From contig OZ243938.1 of NCBI GenBank assembly GCA_965214095.1, forward strand, positions 2,592,001 to 2,656,000: DNA of 64,000 bases, written 5' to 3'. Under the pieces are notes generated by a model, which saw only the letters and a list, made by a program, of their open reading frames with translations, ran no database searches and was not told the origin of the DNA. The DNA is from Candidatus Poribacteria bacterium (GTDB lineage Bacteria; Poribacteria; WGA-4E; WGA-3G). Below, one piece after another: positions 53,996-64,000 of this stretch. Within the stretch, counting starts at the first letter, position 1. Each line of letters starts with the position of its first letter. Both the position numbers and the translations under genes were made by a program.

Positions 53996-55053
53996 GCAAA
54001 GACTATCCTATGGAATTGGTTGCGACATTCAAGTATACCAGTACGTTGTGCATCCGGATGAACCCGATTTGTCAAAAGGATAGCAGCCAATCCTTTTTCA
54101 AGATCAATCCGTATGGAAGTACCTGTAAATCCTGTATGATACATTGAGCCATCCGCAAGGATATGCCACCCGATACTCCGCTGTTCCGAAGCGTCAGGTG
54201 GTGTTTGAGGCATTGCTAATGTCTGAACACTTTCAGGAGATATAAGCGTGTCACCATCCTGTAGAAGCATCTGACAGAATGTCTTAAGGTCTCTTGTGTT
54301 AGAAAAAAGACCAGCATTGCCGGAAACGCCTCCAAGATAGTTAGCGTTTTCATCGTGGACTTCACCGATGATTACACCTTCGCGCCAGTCGTGTCCCTTA
54401 TAATAGCGACCGTGTTGTCCAGAATGGACCATCCTGCGTTCATAACTATTTGAGTCTTCTGTTGCAGCGCAGTTATCGTGTGTCTGCGGTGATGGATTGT
54501 ATGAAGTGCGGTTCATGCCAAGCGGTTTGAAGATGGCGTTATGTGCTAAAGAATCTAAATCCTCACCTGTAATCGCAGAGATAAGTTTTCCCATCAGAAT
54601 ATACCCTAAACAACTATAAGTAACCTTTTCACCAGGTTTGGCTTCAAGCGGCATGTTGCCAAGGTGTTCTATGACATTTTCTGATGATGTTGTTTCAATA
54701 TAAAGCGGTTTCCATGCTGGTAAACCAGAGGTATGAATAAGAAGGTGACGACACGTAATGTGCGGCTGTTTGAGTTCAGGCAGGTATGTTTGTGCAGGTT
54801 CATCTAAGGATAATTTCCTTGATTCAACTAACTGCATGGTCAACGTTCCGATGACAATGGATTTTGTTAGGGATGCAAGGTCAAATAATGTATCGGGTAG
54901 CATCGGTGCTTGCTTCGGTGTTATGATACGATCACCGAACGCTGCATGGTAAATAACCTTGTCTTTATTAAGGATTGCGACAACTGCACCCGGGAATATC
55001 TGTTCCGATATTTTCTGCTCAATAAGTGTTGAAATTGCTTGGACATTCATCAC
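53992..55053 (-). CDS. Beta-lactamase-family serine hydrolase (AmiE/YbbE-like)
   Basis: FDLASLTK (SxxK), YSC, GEVHDENA, HTGFTG; overlaps the namZ start. Confidence 0.85.
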   Translation of the reverse strand: MMNVQAISTLIEQKISEQIFPGAVVAILNKDKVIYHAAFGDRIITPKQAPMLPDTLFDLASLTKSIVIGTLTMQLVESRKLSLDEPAQTYLPELKQPHITCRHLLIHTSGLPAWKPLYIETTSSENVIEHLGNMPLEAKPGEKVTYSCLGYILMGKLISAITGEDLDSLAHNAIFKPLGMNRTSYNPSPQTHDNCAATEDSNSYERRMVHSGQHGRYYKGHDWREGVIIGEVHDENANYLGGVSGNAGLFSNTRDLKTFCQMLLQDGDTLISPESVQTLAMPQTPPDASEQRSIGWHILADGSMYHTGFTGTSIRIDLEKGLAAILLTNRVHPDAQRTGILECRNQFHRIVFA

Positions 55054-55117
55054 CTATAAGTCTATCTTATTCTTAGGACGATGTCAATAAGTTTGCGGGT
55101 CATTTATCTGGTTTAAC

Positions 55118-55306
55118 GTGAATATCATACGCACATTCACCAAGTGCAATTCATTGCACCTCTTACACTTATTGGTAGGCAAGGTTTCCTAACCTCGCCG
55201 ATTCTGATCGTTCAAGTAATTCCGAAACCTACAATTCAACTGAGAAATCAACCTTGAGATAAGAAAATCCTGGAAATCTACTAATCCTGAAAATCTTGGT
55301 TCAGAT
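55118..55306. repeat. REP-like cluster: 28-bp unit shared with 42323-42350, partial REP-MITE, AATCCTG block
   Basis: ACGCACATTCACCAAGTGCAATTCATTG identical at both loci; GTAGGCAAGGTTTCCTAACCTCGCCG..GTTCAAGTAATT. Confidence 0.75.
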
Positions 55307-55448
55307 AAAAAAGAATTCCACTAAATTTCTGAAATATTTGGGGTGTATATTTACCGTTTTTCTGCTATAATTAAACATGCAAATTAGTTGAAATACAAAC
55401 CGAATTTCTATCGTAAATTTCATTAGAAACTTTCCAACAGGAGAAACC

Positions 55449-58400
55449 ATGTCTTCCGAATTTGTCCATCTACACAACCATAGCGAGTATAGTCTGCTTG
55501 ATGGGGCATGCCGCATTTCCGATATGATACAGTGGGCAGTTGAAAGTAGCGCGCCCGCTGTTGCACTCACTGACCACGGCAATATGTTCGGGGCATGGGA
55601 GTTTTACACCAAAGCAAAAGAGGCTGGTGTAAATCCTATTGTCGGATGTGAGGTATACGTCGCCCCAGGTAGCAGAGAAAAACGTGGAAAAGACCAAGGC
55701 AGTCCATATCATTTGACACTTCTCGTAGAGAACGCAACCGGCTACCGAAATCTCCTTGAATTGGTGTCGCGCGGCTACACAGAAGGTTTTTATAGTAAAC
55801 CGCGCATTGACATGGAGATTTTGGGTGAACACCGCGAAGGGATTATTGCACTAACAGGATGTATTCAAGGACAAGTCCCGCAACTCATCGCTTCAAATCA
55901 GCGAGATGATGCTATCCAAAACTTCAAAAATCTCATTGAAACAATGGGACCGCGTAACCTCTACGTTGAAGTGCAAAATCACTACATCGATAAGGAACTT
56001 CAGGCATATCCGATAATGATGGAATTGGCGAAAGAATTTGAACTGCCACTCGTCGGTACAAACGATTGCCACTATCTACGCAAATCAGACCATCACATGC
56101 ACGATGTGCTCCTCTGTATCCAAACAAAGAAAACCGTCAACGAACAAGATCGAATGCGGTTTGACAATCATTTTTACTTTAAAGACATTGACGAAATGCG
56201 GGAGGTCCTAAAGGATTTCCCACCCGAAGCTATTAGCAACACACTTGAAATTGCAAATCGGTGCAATCTGGAATTGGATTATGGCGAGAGCGTCATGCCG
56301 AAATATGAGGTGCCAGAGGGATATACTAATGAGAGTTACCTAAAGGAACTCTGTTATCAAGGCTTACGTGAAAAATTGGGAGGGGAACTCTCCACAGAAG
56401 TCCAGCAACGGTTGGAGCATGAACTTGACATTATCAATAAGACCGGTTACCCAGGTTATTTCCTGATTGTATGGGACTACGTAAAATACGCCAACCAGCA
56501 AGGATATCCACTCACTGCGCGTGGTTCTGCTGCCGGCAGTCTCGTACTGTACGCACTTGATGTCATAGCCTTCAATCCGATGGATTATGATTGCTTATTT
56601 GAAAGGTTTTTGAACCTTGAGCGAATCAGTCCACCTGACATTGATATTGACTTTGCAGACAGGGCAAGAGATCATGTTATTGAGTATCTCGTAAATAAAT
56701 ACGGACACGATTCTGTCGGCAAAGTCGCTACCTTTTCTACTTTAGGTGCAAAGGGAGCTATTAAAGATGTCGGGCGCGCACTTGATGTACCGCTCGAAAA
56801 TGTCAATAAGCTAACGCAATTAATTCCAAGTATACCAGGCATTTCTATTGATGATGCGTTGGAACAGGTGCCTGAATTTCAAACACTTGCTGAGCAACCA
56901 GAAAATAAAGAACTGATGGATCTCAGTTTAGCAGTTGAAGGTATGAAACGGCACGTCTCTTGTCACGCATCTGCCATTGTTGTTTCAAATGGTAAACTCA
57001 CAGATTTTGCCCCGCTTTTCAAGGATAAACATGATCAGGTCGCAACGCAGTTTGAACATAAAACGGTTGAAAATGTAGGTATCGTCAAATTCGATTTCCT
57101 CGGTTTACGGAGTCTTACCGAGATTCATGATTGCCTCCAAATGGTAAAGACGAATCATGGGGTGGACATCAAATTAGATAGTATTCCGTTTGACGATGAT
57201 AAAACATTTTCTGTTATCAGTAGAGGACTACTCGCTGGTTTGTTTCAACTCGAAACTTCTCCCGGCATGTATAGGGTTGTTACACAACTTAAAACGAATA
57301 ATTTCAAGGAATTCTCGGCAATTCCCGCACTCTATCGTCCGGGGCCATTAGAAAGCGGCATGATGCAACAATTCATTGATCGTAAAAATGGATTGGAAGA
57401 AGTAGAATATATGCATCCATCGCTTGAGAATGCACTGAAAAATACTTATGGTGTATGTGTTTATCAGGAACAGGTGATGCAGATTGCACGTGATATGGCA
57501 GGATTTACGATGGGGGAGGCTGATGTCCTGCGTGATGCCATGGGGAAAAAGAAAGAAAAATTGCTCAAGGAACAGCGACCGAAATTCATTGAAGGAGCGT
57601 TGAAAAACGGGATAGCTGAGCAGGACGCTGCTATGGTGTACGATCAACTTGAACCATTCAGCAGATACGCCTTCAATAAATCACATTCCGTTGCTTATGC
57701 TATGTTAGGTTACCGCATGGCATATTTAAAAACACACTATCCCCATGAATTCATGGCGGCGATGATGACTGGTGAGTCCGGTTATTCCGAAAAAATTACA
57801 CGTTATCGCACAGAATGTGTAAAACTTGCAGATTTTCTTGAAGTTGAAATCAATCTGCTGCCACCAGATGTCAATAGCAGTAATAAAGATTTTATGGTGG
57901 ATGGAAACAATATCTGTTTCGGACTTGTCGCTGTGAAAGGTGTCGGAGATGGTGCAATTGATGCAATCGTAGAAGCACGGAATGAGAACGGGGCATTTAC
58001 GTCCTTACAAGATCTCTGTGAACGTGTGGATACAAAGGTCGTTAATAAACGCGCTATTGAGGGACTTATCCTCTGCGGGGCATTTGATTCGCTTGAAGGG
58101 AATCGGGCGCAACTCCTGACGAACTTACCGACTGTTCTAAAAATCGCACAGAGTGCACAAGCAGAACGCGAACGCGGACAGATGAACCTCTTTGGCGATG
58201 CAGCTGAAATACCTATCACACCTGTAATGCTAACAAATGTTGATGAGTATGAACCGCTTGAACGGCTTAAACTTGAAAAACAACAACTTGGGTTTTATGT
58301 TTCCGGACACCCACTCCAAGAATATACAGACATTATTAATTACTATACATCGGCAAGCACCCAAACACTTGGGGCACATCCAATTGAGGCCATTGTTTCA

Positions 58401-58994
58401 GTGGCAGGGATGATAACGGAAGTTAAAAATCTCACCACGAAAAAAGGGGACTCTATGGCAGTTATCGGCTTTGAGGACCTTGAAGGTTCAATTGAGGTAG
58501 TCGTTTTCCCAGAAGCATATAAAAATGCAGGTGAGTTGTTTGAAGAAAGGGTAGTTTGGATTGAAGGTCCTGTCAAGATTAATCAGAACGGTAGAAACCG
58601 AAATTCTGACGATGAGAATGACACTGAACAGGAAGAACGCCAAATTCAAGCGGACGAAATTGTAGATTTAGAAACTGTCCCAGAACAACAAACAACTGCT
58701 GTTGAGGTTACAGTGCCTGAAACCGATATTGATAATCTTGAAAAACTTAAGTCTCTCAAAGAAATTGCTATTGCCAACAGTGGGAATTTGCACTTAGTTT
58801 TGCGTCTCATGACACCGCAACACGGTGAAGTCATCGCTTGTTGTAGTTCTCAATATAAAATCGCAGATAATGACTCAGTTTTCAAACAGGTGGAAAACCT
58901 ATTCGGTGAAAATTGCATCAAACGCAGCAATCGCACGAAGCCAAAACCGAAAAAGAAAAATGGGAACCGCAAATCCCGATTTAATTATGTATAG
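55449..58994 (+). CDS. dnaE: DNA polymerase III alpha subunit
   Basis: HLHNHSEYSLLDG, RGSAAGS, PDIDIDF, KFDFLGL, FNKSHS, clamp motif QMNLF. Confidence 0.97.
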   Translation: MSSEFVHLHNHSEYSLLDGACRISDMIQWAVESSAPAVALTDHGNMFGAWEFYTKAKEAGVNPIVGCEVYVAPGSREKRGKDQGSPYHLTLLVENATGYRNLLELVSRGYTEGFYSKPRIDMEILGEHREGIIALTGCIQGQVPQLIASNQRDDAIQNFKNLIETMGPRNLYVEVQNHYIDKELQAYPIMMELAKEFELPLVGTNDCHYLRKSDHHMHDVLLCIQTKKTVNEQDRMRFDNHFYFKDIDEMREVLKDFPPEAISNTLEIANRCNLELDYGESVMPKYEVPEGYTNESYLKELCYQGLREKLGGELSTEVQQRLEHELDIINKTGYPGYFLIVWDYVKYANQQGYPLTARGSAAGSLVLYALDVIAFNPMDYDCLFERFLNLERISPPDIDIDFADRARDHVIEYLVNKYGHDSVGKVATFSTLGAKGAIKDVGRALDVPLENVNKLTQLIPSIPGISIDDALEQVPEFQTLAEQPENKELMDLSLAVEGMKRHVSCHASAIVVSNGKLTDFAPLFKDKHDQVATQFEHKTVENVGIVKFDFLGLRSLTEIHDCLQMVKTNHGVDIKLDSIPFDDDKTFSVISRGLLAGLFQLETSPGMYRVVTQLKTNNFKEFSAIPALYRPGPLESGMMQQFIDRKNGLEEVEYMHPSLENALKNTYGVCVYQEQVMQIARDMAGFTMGEADVLRDAMGKKKEKLLKEQRPKFIEGALKNGIAEQDAAMVYDQLEPFSRYAFNKSHSVAYAMLGYRMAYLKTHYPHEFMAAMMTGESGYSEKITRYRTECVKLADFLEVEINLLPPDVNSSNKDFMVDGNNICFGLVAVKGVGDGAIDAIVEARNENGAFTSLQDLCERVDTKVVNKRAIEGLILCGAFDSLEGNRAQLLTNLPTVLKIAQSAQAERERGQMNLFGDAAEIPITPVMLTNVDEYEPLERLKLEKQQLGFYVSGHPLQEYTDIINYYTSASTQTLGAHPIEAIVSVAGMITEVKNLTTKKGDSMAVIGFEDLEGSIEVVVFPEAYKNAGELFEERVVWIEGPVKINQNGRNRNSDDENDTEQEERQIQADEIVDLETVPEQQTTAVEVTVPETDIDNLEKLKSLKEIAIANSGNLHLVLRLMTPQHGEVIACCSSQYKIADNDSVFKQVENLFGENCIKRSNRTKPKPKKKNGNRKSRFNYV

Positions 58995-59054
58995 TCATTC
59001 CGTTGGTTCCTGATAGGATATCTGTTATATCGTTTAAGAGGAGATTCATCAAAT

Positions 59055-59876
59055 ATGCAATATCGCACACTCGGAAAAACTGGACTCAGCGTTTCAGAAA
59101 TAGGGTATGGCGGCGGTAGAGTTCGGCCAGAGCACGATGTAAATTCGCTTGTCAATATGATACATTACGCCATAGATTGCGGTGTGAACTTCATTGACAC
59201 AGCACCAAACTATGGCGGCGGTTACAGCGAAACGGTTATCGGCAAAGCAATAGCGGGCCGACGGGATGCTTGTATCCTCGCGACAAAAACAGAGGCTTAT
59301 GATCCAGACGGTATCGCAACGGATCTGGAAGGCAGCCTAAAACGACTCGGCACCAACTATATAGATGTACTCCAATTCCATGGCGGTTGGTTTTATGAAA
59401 AAGAAACGGATCAGATTCTAAACGGCGGTGGATTGGAAACATATCTCAAACTGAAGGAAGAGGGAAAGGTTAGGTTTATCGGGTTTTCTGCGGATGGTCC
59501 CTCCGGTGGTGCAGAACAACTCATTGCCACAGGTGAACTTGATATGATGCAAATCCATTACAACCTGATGTATCAAAGCACTTGTGACACCTTCGGTATG
59601 CGAGGTGTTATTCCTGATGCTGTTGCACAAGACATGGGAATTGTGTTGATGCGTTCCACGACAAGCAATGTCTACCAAAATCTTATGAAGCACTGCTTTC
59701 CCAATGTGATGGCGGATGTTGACGTGGATAGTTTTCTCCTCAACTATTCCCTCTCAAACCCGATGGTCAACGTTGCCCTAATGAGCCTGCAAAGCAAAGA
59801 CGATGTAGATTGGACAAGTGCTGTGTCTGATGATGTGGAGGCACGGTTGGATTTGCGTGCGATTCATGGACGGTAG
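59055..59876 (+). CDS. Aldo/keto reductase
   Basis: YRTLGKTG, IDTAPNYG, ATK, SLKRLGTNYID, GKVRFIG. Confidence 0.9.
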   Translation: MQYRTLGKTGLSVSEIGYGGGRVRPEHDVNSLVNMIHYAIDCGVNFIDTAPNYGGGYSETVIGKAIAGRRDACILATKTEAYDPDGIATDLEGSLKRLGTNYIDVLQFHGGWFYEKETDQILNGGGLETYLKLKEEGKVRFIGFSADGPSGGAEQLIATGELDMMQIHYNLMYQSTCDTFGMRGVIPDAVAQDMGIVLMRSTTSNVYQNLMKHCFPNVMADVDVDSFLLNYSLSNPMVNVALMSLQSKDDVDWTSAVSDDVEARLDLRAIHGR

Positions 59877-59903
59877 GTGTATCTCTAAACACACCAGTTC
59901 TTT

Positions 59904-60257
59904 TTAAGGTTTTCGGGGTGGTCTTTCATCAACCGATGCCTCTTCCTTGCTCAACACTTCTACGAGATGATATTCATACTTTCCCACATCTTGAATACCT
60001 TCTGGCCGCTCCTCAAGTCTGACTTTGAGCCTGTAGATATATCCAGGTTCAAAGTCAAAGCCTTGTATTCCTTCATAGAAAAACTCCCACCGTTCCCTTT
60101 CCTCGTTGTATTCAAGATAGCATTCCTGTTCAAACGCTCCGATGCAAGTTGTTCTATAGGGACCAATGATGATTATTTCTGTGTGCTGTCCCCGATCACA
60201 TCCGATTGTGAGGGATAGGAAGAGTAATGTGAGTATTAGTTTTGTAGTGTTTTGCAT
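59904..60257 (-). CDS. DUF4377-like lipoprotein
   Basis: Lipobox TIGC; C..ECY; IQGFDFEPGYIYRLKV; YHLVEVLSK. Confidence 0.75.
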   Translation of the reverse strand: MQNTTKLILTLLFLSLTIGCDRGQHTEIIIIGPYRTTCIGAFEQECYLEYNEERERWEFFYEGIQGFDFEPGYIYRLKVRLEERPEGIQDVGKYEYHLVEVLSKEEASVDERPPRKP

Positions 60258-60342
60258 GTTTTTCTATATTATAAAATATGGAAAAGATCTTTAATATATG
60301 ACTTTTAGATTTTTTTTTGCTTTATAACTCGTAGCAAGCGTT

Positions 60343-60846
60343 TTACGTTATTTCAAGCCATGTCTCTAATGTTTCAATTGGATCAGTTTCCGGATTGAAA
60401 ATTAATAGTCCTTCATTACTTGCTGCTCTCAAGAGACGTTGATCAGATGCTACAAGGACGAGTGTGTCCTCTTTAGTACGAAATTCTGTATTGATTTCTA
60501 AAGCAGAACGTAGCACCATTGCATCAACGCTGTTAATGGAATGTGTTTCAACTAAATTTAACGATGTCCAAACAAGTGAATTTGGAACAGGAGCAGTATA
60601 GAAATCGGATGTGTCTGAGGTTACCTCACGAGTTAAGTTTACTACGGCATGTGTGAATTCGTGTGGGGTTATACGTTTGTCGTTTTTCTTACGGACACAG
60701 ATCCAAAAGACTTCTGCTGCCCCAAGTGTCAAACATTTTAACTGGTTTAAAGAGACATTTTCAAAAAAATAGTCAACTTTTTTACTACCAACCTCTTCGG
60801 TATACCGTTTGACAAGAGCACTTGCATCCAAGTAGAAATAATACAC
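60343..60846 (-). CDS. vapC: VapC PIN-domain toxin
   Basis: YLDASALVKRY, E, DA, LVASDQRL..A..EGL. Confidence 0.85.
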   Translation of the reverse strand: MYYFYLDASALVKRYTEEVGSKKVDYFFENVSLNQLKCLTLGAAEVFWICVRKKNDKRITPHEFTHAVVNLTREVTSDTSDFYTAPVPNSLVWTSLNLVETHSINSVDAMVLRSALEINTEFRTKEDTLVLVASDQRLLRAASNEGLLIFNPETDPIETLETWLEIT

Positions 60847-60848
60847 AG

Positions 60849-61172
60849 TTATTTCTCACGTTCTTCAATAATAGCACGACTAAACTCGTTATCCTCGGCG
60901 CGGATACGATTTGCCATACTTTTCCGAATGTCTTCAACTGGTATAGGTTCTACATCAGCAATTCCCATTTTTTCAAGGAGTTCATTGATTATTTTGGTTG
61001 CCTCTTTCTTCTCGGACTTGTTAGATGTGTGTGGTTCATTGCTTGTTCTATCTTGACCAAGCGCGTTTGGTGCTAACTCATCAACAAGATAAGACAGTTG
61101 ATGAGAAACTTTATCTATCTTTTTTTCCAACAGATTTATCCTATTGGTTAATGTTTCAAGTGTTTCTGGCAT
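60849..61172 (-). CDS. Putative antitoxin of the downstream PIN toxin
   Basis: Ends 2 nt before the PIN gene; C-terminus FSRAIIEERE resembles VapB-type tails; N-terminal coiled coil. Confidence 0.65.
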   Translation of the reverse strand: MPETLETLTNRINLLEKKIDKVSHQLSYLVDELAPNALGQDRTSNEPHTSNKSEKKEATKIINELLEKMGIADVEPIPVEDIRKSMANRIRAEDNEFSRAIIEEREK

Positions 61173-61322
61173 GATTCTTTTCTCCTAAATTATTGTTAGT
61201 GTTTGATAGCATGTCAAATTTTCAATGTTACCAAATTTTACAATATTTTAACTTGTTTAGGCAATAAAATAGTAGTATAAAGAGAAATGGATTAGTATCT
61301 TACTAATAAAGTAATTCTTTAG

Positions 61323-63992
61323 TTACGTAGACAGGAAATTCCGAATCACATAGTCCAGAATCCCGCCATTCTTATAGTATTCTACTTCTACCGGTGAATC
61401 AATACGGATTAACAATTGAGTTGTCTGCGTCTCACCGTTTGTTCGAGAAACCGTCATCGTTGCTGTCTGTCCCGATTGCAGGTCATCAGCGAAACCTGTG
61501 ATACTGATAATCTCACTACCATCTAAGTTAAGACTTTGTGCATTTTCACCATCCATAAACTGCAATGGCAATATACCCATACCGATTAGATTGCTGCGGT
61601 GTATTCGTTCATAACTTTCAACCACAACTGCTTTGACCCCGAACAGTTTAGGTCCTTTTGCAGCCCAATCACGTGAACTTCCCATGCCGTAATCTTGACC
61701 AGCAAAAATAACCGTGGGAATATTGTTTTCATTATAATTGAGTGCTGCTTCGTAGATAGTCGTTTGCGTTTCCTCTGGATATTGAACAGTATAACCACCT
61801 TCAACGTCGGGAGTCATTAAGTTACGGACGCGACGATTTGCAAACGTGCCTCGACTCATCACGCGGTCGTTTCCACGTCTTGCACCGTATGTATTGAAAT
61901 CTCGCGTTTCAACGCCGCGTTCTTGAAGATAACTTCCTGTTGGGCTTGCTGCTGCTATTGCCCCCGCGGGAGATATATGGTCTGTGGTAACTGAATCCCC
62001 AAAGATGCCGAGTATACGTGCATCAGTAATATCCGAAATTTGCGCGGGTTCACGTGAAAATCCTTCAAAGAATGGAGGGTGTTGGATATAAGTACTTCTC
62101 TCGTTCCACGGATAGAGTACACCTGTTGCTCCCGCAAGTTCTTCCCACTCTGGTGCCTGATTCCCAATAGATTCGTACATCTCCTTAAATGTTTTGCGGT
62201 CAACCGCAGCACCGATCATATCCGCAATTTCTTTGCGTGAGGGCCATATATCTCGTAGGTACACTGCTTCACCAGAATCGCTATGCCCGATAGGTTCTTT
62301 GGCAAGATTGATGTCAATTCGACCGGCAAGTCCATAAGCAACTACAAGTGGTGGAGACATGAGGAAGTTTGCTTTTATCTCTGGATGCACCCGCGCTTCA
62401 AAGTTCCTGTTTCCGCTTAAGACACTTGCAGTTACGAGGTCTTCCGCATCAATCGCTTCCTGGACAACATCATTGAGCGGTCCACTGTTACCGATGCACG
62501 TTGTGCAGCCATAACCGACGACGTTATATCCTAATTTTTCTAAATAAGGTAACAGACCTGTGTTTCGCAGATACTCCGTAACAACACGCGACCCTGGGGC
62601 TAAACTTGTTTTTACATAATCCGGAACACGCAATCCTTTCTCAACTGCTTTTTTTGCAAGCAATCCCGCACCAATCATCACTGATGGGTTGCTTGTATTT
62701 GTGCAGCTGGTAATTGCCGAGATGACAACTGCCCCGTGCGTGATTTCCCCTTTGCTTTCCGTTTCTGTTACACCAAACCCATCTTCTGCTACAGGACGCG
62801 TGAGGAGTTCGTTGAAAGTTTCTTTGACATCTGATAAAGCTATTCTATCTTGTGGACGTTTTGGTCCAGCGATACTCGGTTCAATATCGTTCAGATTTAT
62901 CTCCAATACATCGGAGTATTCTACATCACCGAGACGCGGAATGCCGAACAGTCCTTGTGCTTTGAGATACGTTTCCACTAAGTCAACATGTGTTTCATCG
63001 CGTCCAGTGAGACGGAGATAATTCATTGTTTCAGTGTCAGGCGGGAAAAATCCGATCGTTGCGCCGTATTCAGGACACATGTTTGATAGCGTTGCCCGGT
63101 CAGGTAGCGAAAGTGCTTCTACACCTTCACCGAAGAATTCAACAAACTTACCAACAACCGCAGCCTCTCTGAGTCGTTGTGTTACAGTCAGGACAAGGTC
63201 TGTTGCGGTGATCCCTTCTTTAAGTTCACCTGTCATATAAACACCAAGCACTTCAGGAGTTAAAATGTATACAGGCTGCCCCAACATGGCAGCTTCAGCC
63301 TCAATGCCACCAACACCCCACCCGACAATGCCGAGACCGTTGATCATCGTCGTATGTGAATCTGTCCCGACAACTGTATCAGGATATACGACTGCTTCTT
63401 CAGTCATTACAACCTGCGCGAGGTATTCTAAATTTACTTGATGTACTATGCCGATGGAGGGCGGTATGATATTGAACTTCTCAAACGCTTGTTGTCCCCA
63501 TTTCAGGAATTCGTATCGTTCCTTGTTACGTTCAAATTCTCTTTGGGTGTTAAATTGAAAAGCGTTTTCTGTGCCGTAAGCGTCAACTTGGATTGAGTGA
63601 TCAATCACTAAATCGACAGGAACGAGGGGTTCAATCATTTGTGCGTCACCACCGAGTTCTGCAACAGCAGATCGCATCGCGGCAATATCCACAACAAGCG
63701 GAACACCAGTGAAATCCTGTGCAACAACGCGGGCAGGTTTAAACGGAATTTCTGCTGCTTTTGGAGATTTCGAATCCCAATTGGCTAAGTTGATTACGTC
63801 TTGTTCAGTGATTTGATGTCCATCATAATTACGGAGTAACGATTCAAGTAGTATACGAATACTGACAGGTAGGCTTTCAATTGAACCTTTACCTGCATCC
63901 GCTAAGGCAGGAAGCGAGTAGTAGGCATTTTCAAGTCCTTCGCTTTCAAGGATTTGACGTGTATTAAATAGATTGTGAGAGGGGCTGGGCAT
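61323..63992 (-). CDS. acnA: Aconitate hydratase A
   Basis: [46 protein letters not shown]. True start may lie at or beyond the window edge. Confidence 0.95.
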   Translation of the reverse strand: MPSPSHNLFNTRQILESEGLENAYYSLPALADAGKGSIESLPVSIRILLESLLRNYDGHQITEQDVINLANWDSKSPKAAEIPFKPARVVAQDFTGVPLVVDIAAMRSAVAELGGDAQMIEPLVPVDLVIDHSIQVDAYGTENAFQFNTQREFERNKERYEFLKWGQQAFEKFNIIPPSIGIVHQVNLEYLAQVVMTEEAVVYPDTVVGTDSHTTMINGLGIVGWGVGGIEAEAAMLGQPVYILTPEVLGVYMTGELKEGITATDLVLTVTQRLREAAVVGKFVEFFGEGVEALSLPDRATLSNMCPEYGATIGFFPPDTETMNYLRLTGRDETHVDLVETYLKAQGLFGIPRLGDVEYSDVLEINLNDIEPSIAGPKRPQDRIALSDVKETFNELLTRPVAEDGFGVTETESKGEITHGAVVISAITSCTNTSNPSVMIGAGLLAKKAVEKGLRVPDYVKTSLAPGSRVVTEYLRNTGLLPYLEKLGYNVVGYGCTTCIGNSGPLNDVVQEAIDAEDLVTASVLSGNRNFEARVHPEIKANFLMSPPLVVAYGLAGRIDINLAKEPIGHSDSGEAVYLRDIWPSRKEIADMIGAAVDRKTFKEMYESIGNQAPEWEELAGATGVLYPWNERSTYIQHPPFFEGFSREPAQISDITDARILGIFGDSVTTDHISPAGAIAAASPTGSYLQERGVETRDFNTYGARRGNDRVMSRGTFANRRVRNLMTPDVEGGYTVQYPEETQTTIYEAALNYNENNIPTVIFAGQDYGMGSSRDWAAKGPKLFGVKAVVVESYERIHRSNLIGMGILPLQFMDGENAQSLNLDGSEIISITGFADDLQSGQTATMTVSRTNGETQTTQLLIRIDSPVEVEYYKNGGILDYVIRNFLST

Positions 63993-64000
63993 TACAAACT

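Overview
64 kb of a roughly 40% GC bacterial chromosome spanning the replication origin: dnaA, oriC, recF, dciA, gyrB, gyrA, with no dnaN, and dnaE about 27 kb downstream. The gene content (PhyH-HEAT fusion, CotH-ankyrin, TPR proteins, FGE/SUMF1, Uma2, DUF6785-like, many REP/MITE palindromes) resembles sponge-symbiont Candidatus Poribacteria; this is inference only. Top observation: the dnaA-recF spacer has the standard origin-unwinding layout (two overlapping boxes, then DnaA-trios, then an AT-rich tract), but all 13 boxes are TTATTATCA or one-mismatch variants rather than TTATCCACA. The adjacent DnaA carries substitutions in its box-recognition helix (QNHRTITY vs RDHTTVLH), suggesting a co-evolved, re-specified initiator-origin pair. 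Also present: a complete IS200/IS605-type IsrB-omegaRNA element whose guide and TAM can be read from the insertion site; an approximately 500-nt fold-back in an 800-bp intergenic region; nested REP-in-MITE palindromes; a tandem active/inactive nucleotidyltransferase near a divergent UvrA; a PorU/PorV-like pair; a peptidoglycan-recycling cluster; several toxin-antitoxin modules. All family calls come from motif recognition by eye, not database searches.
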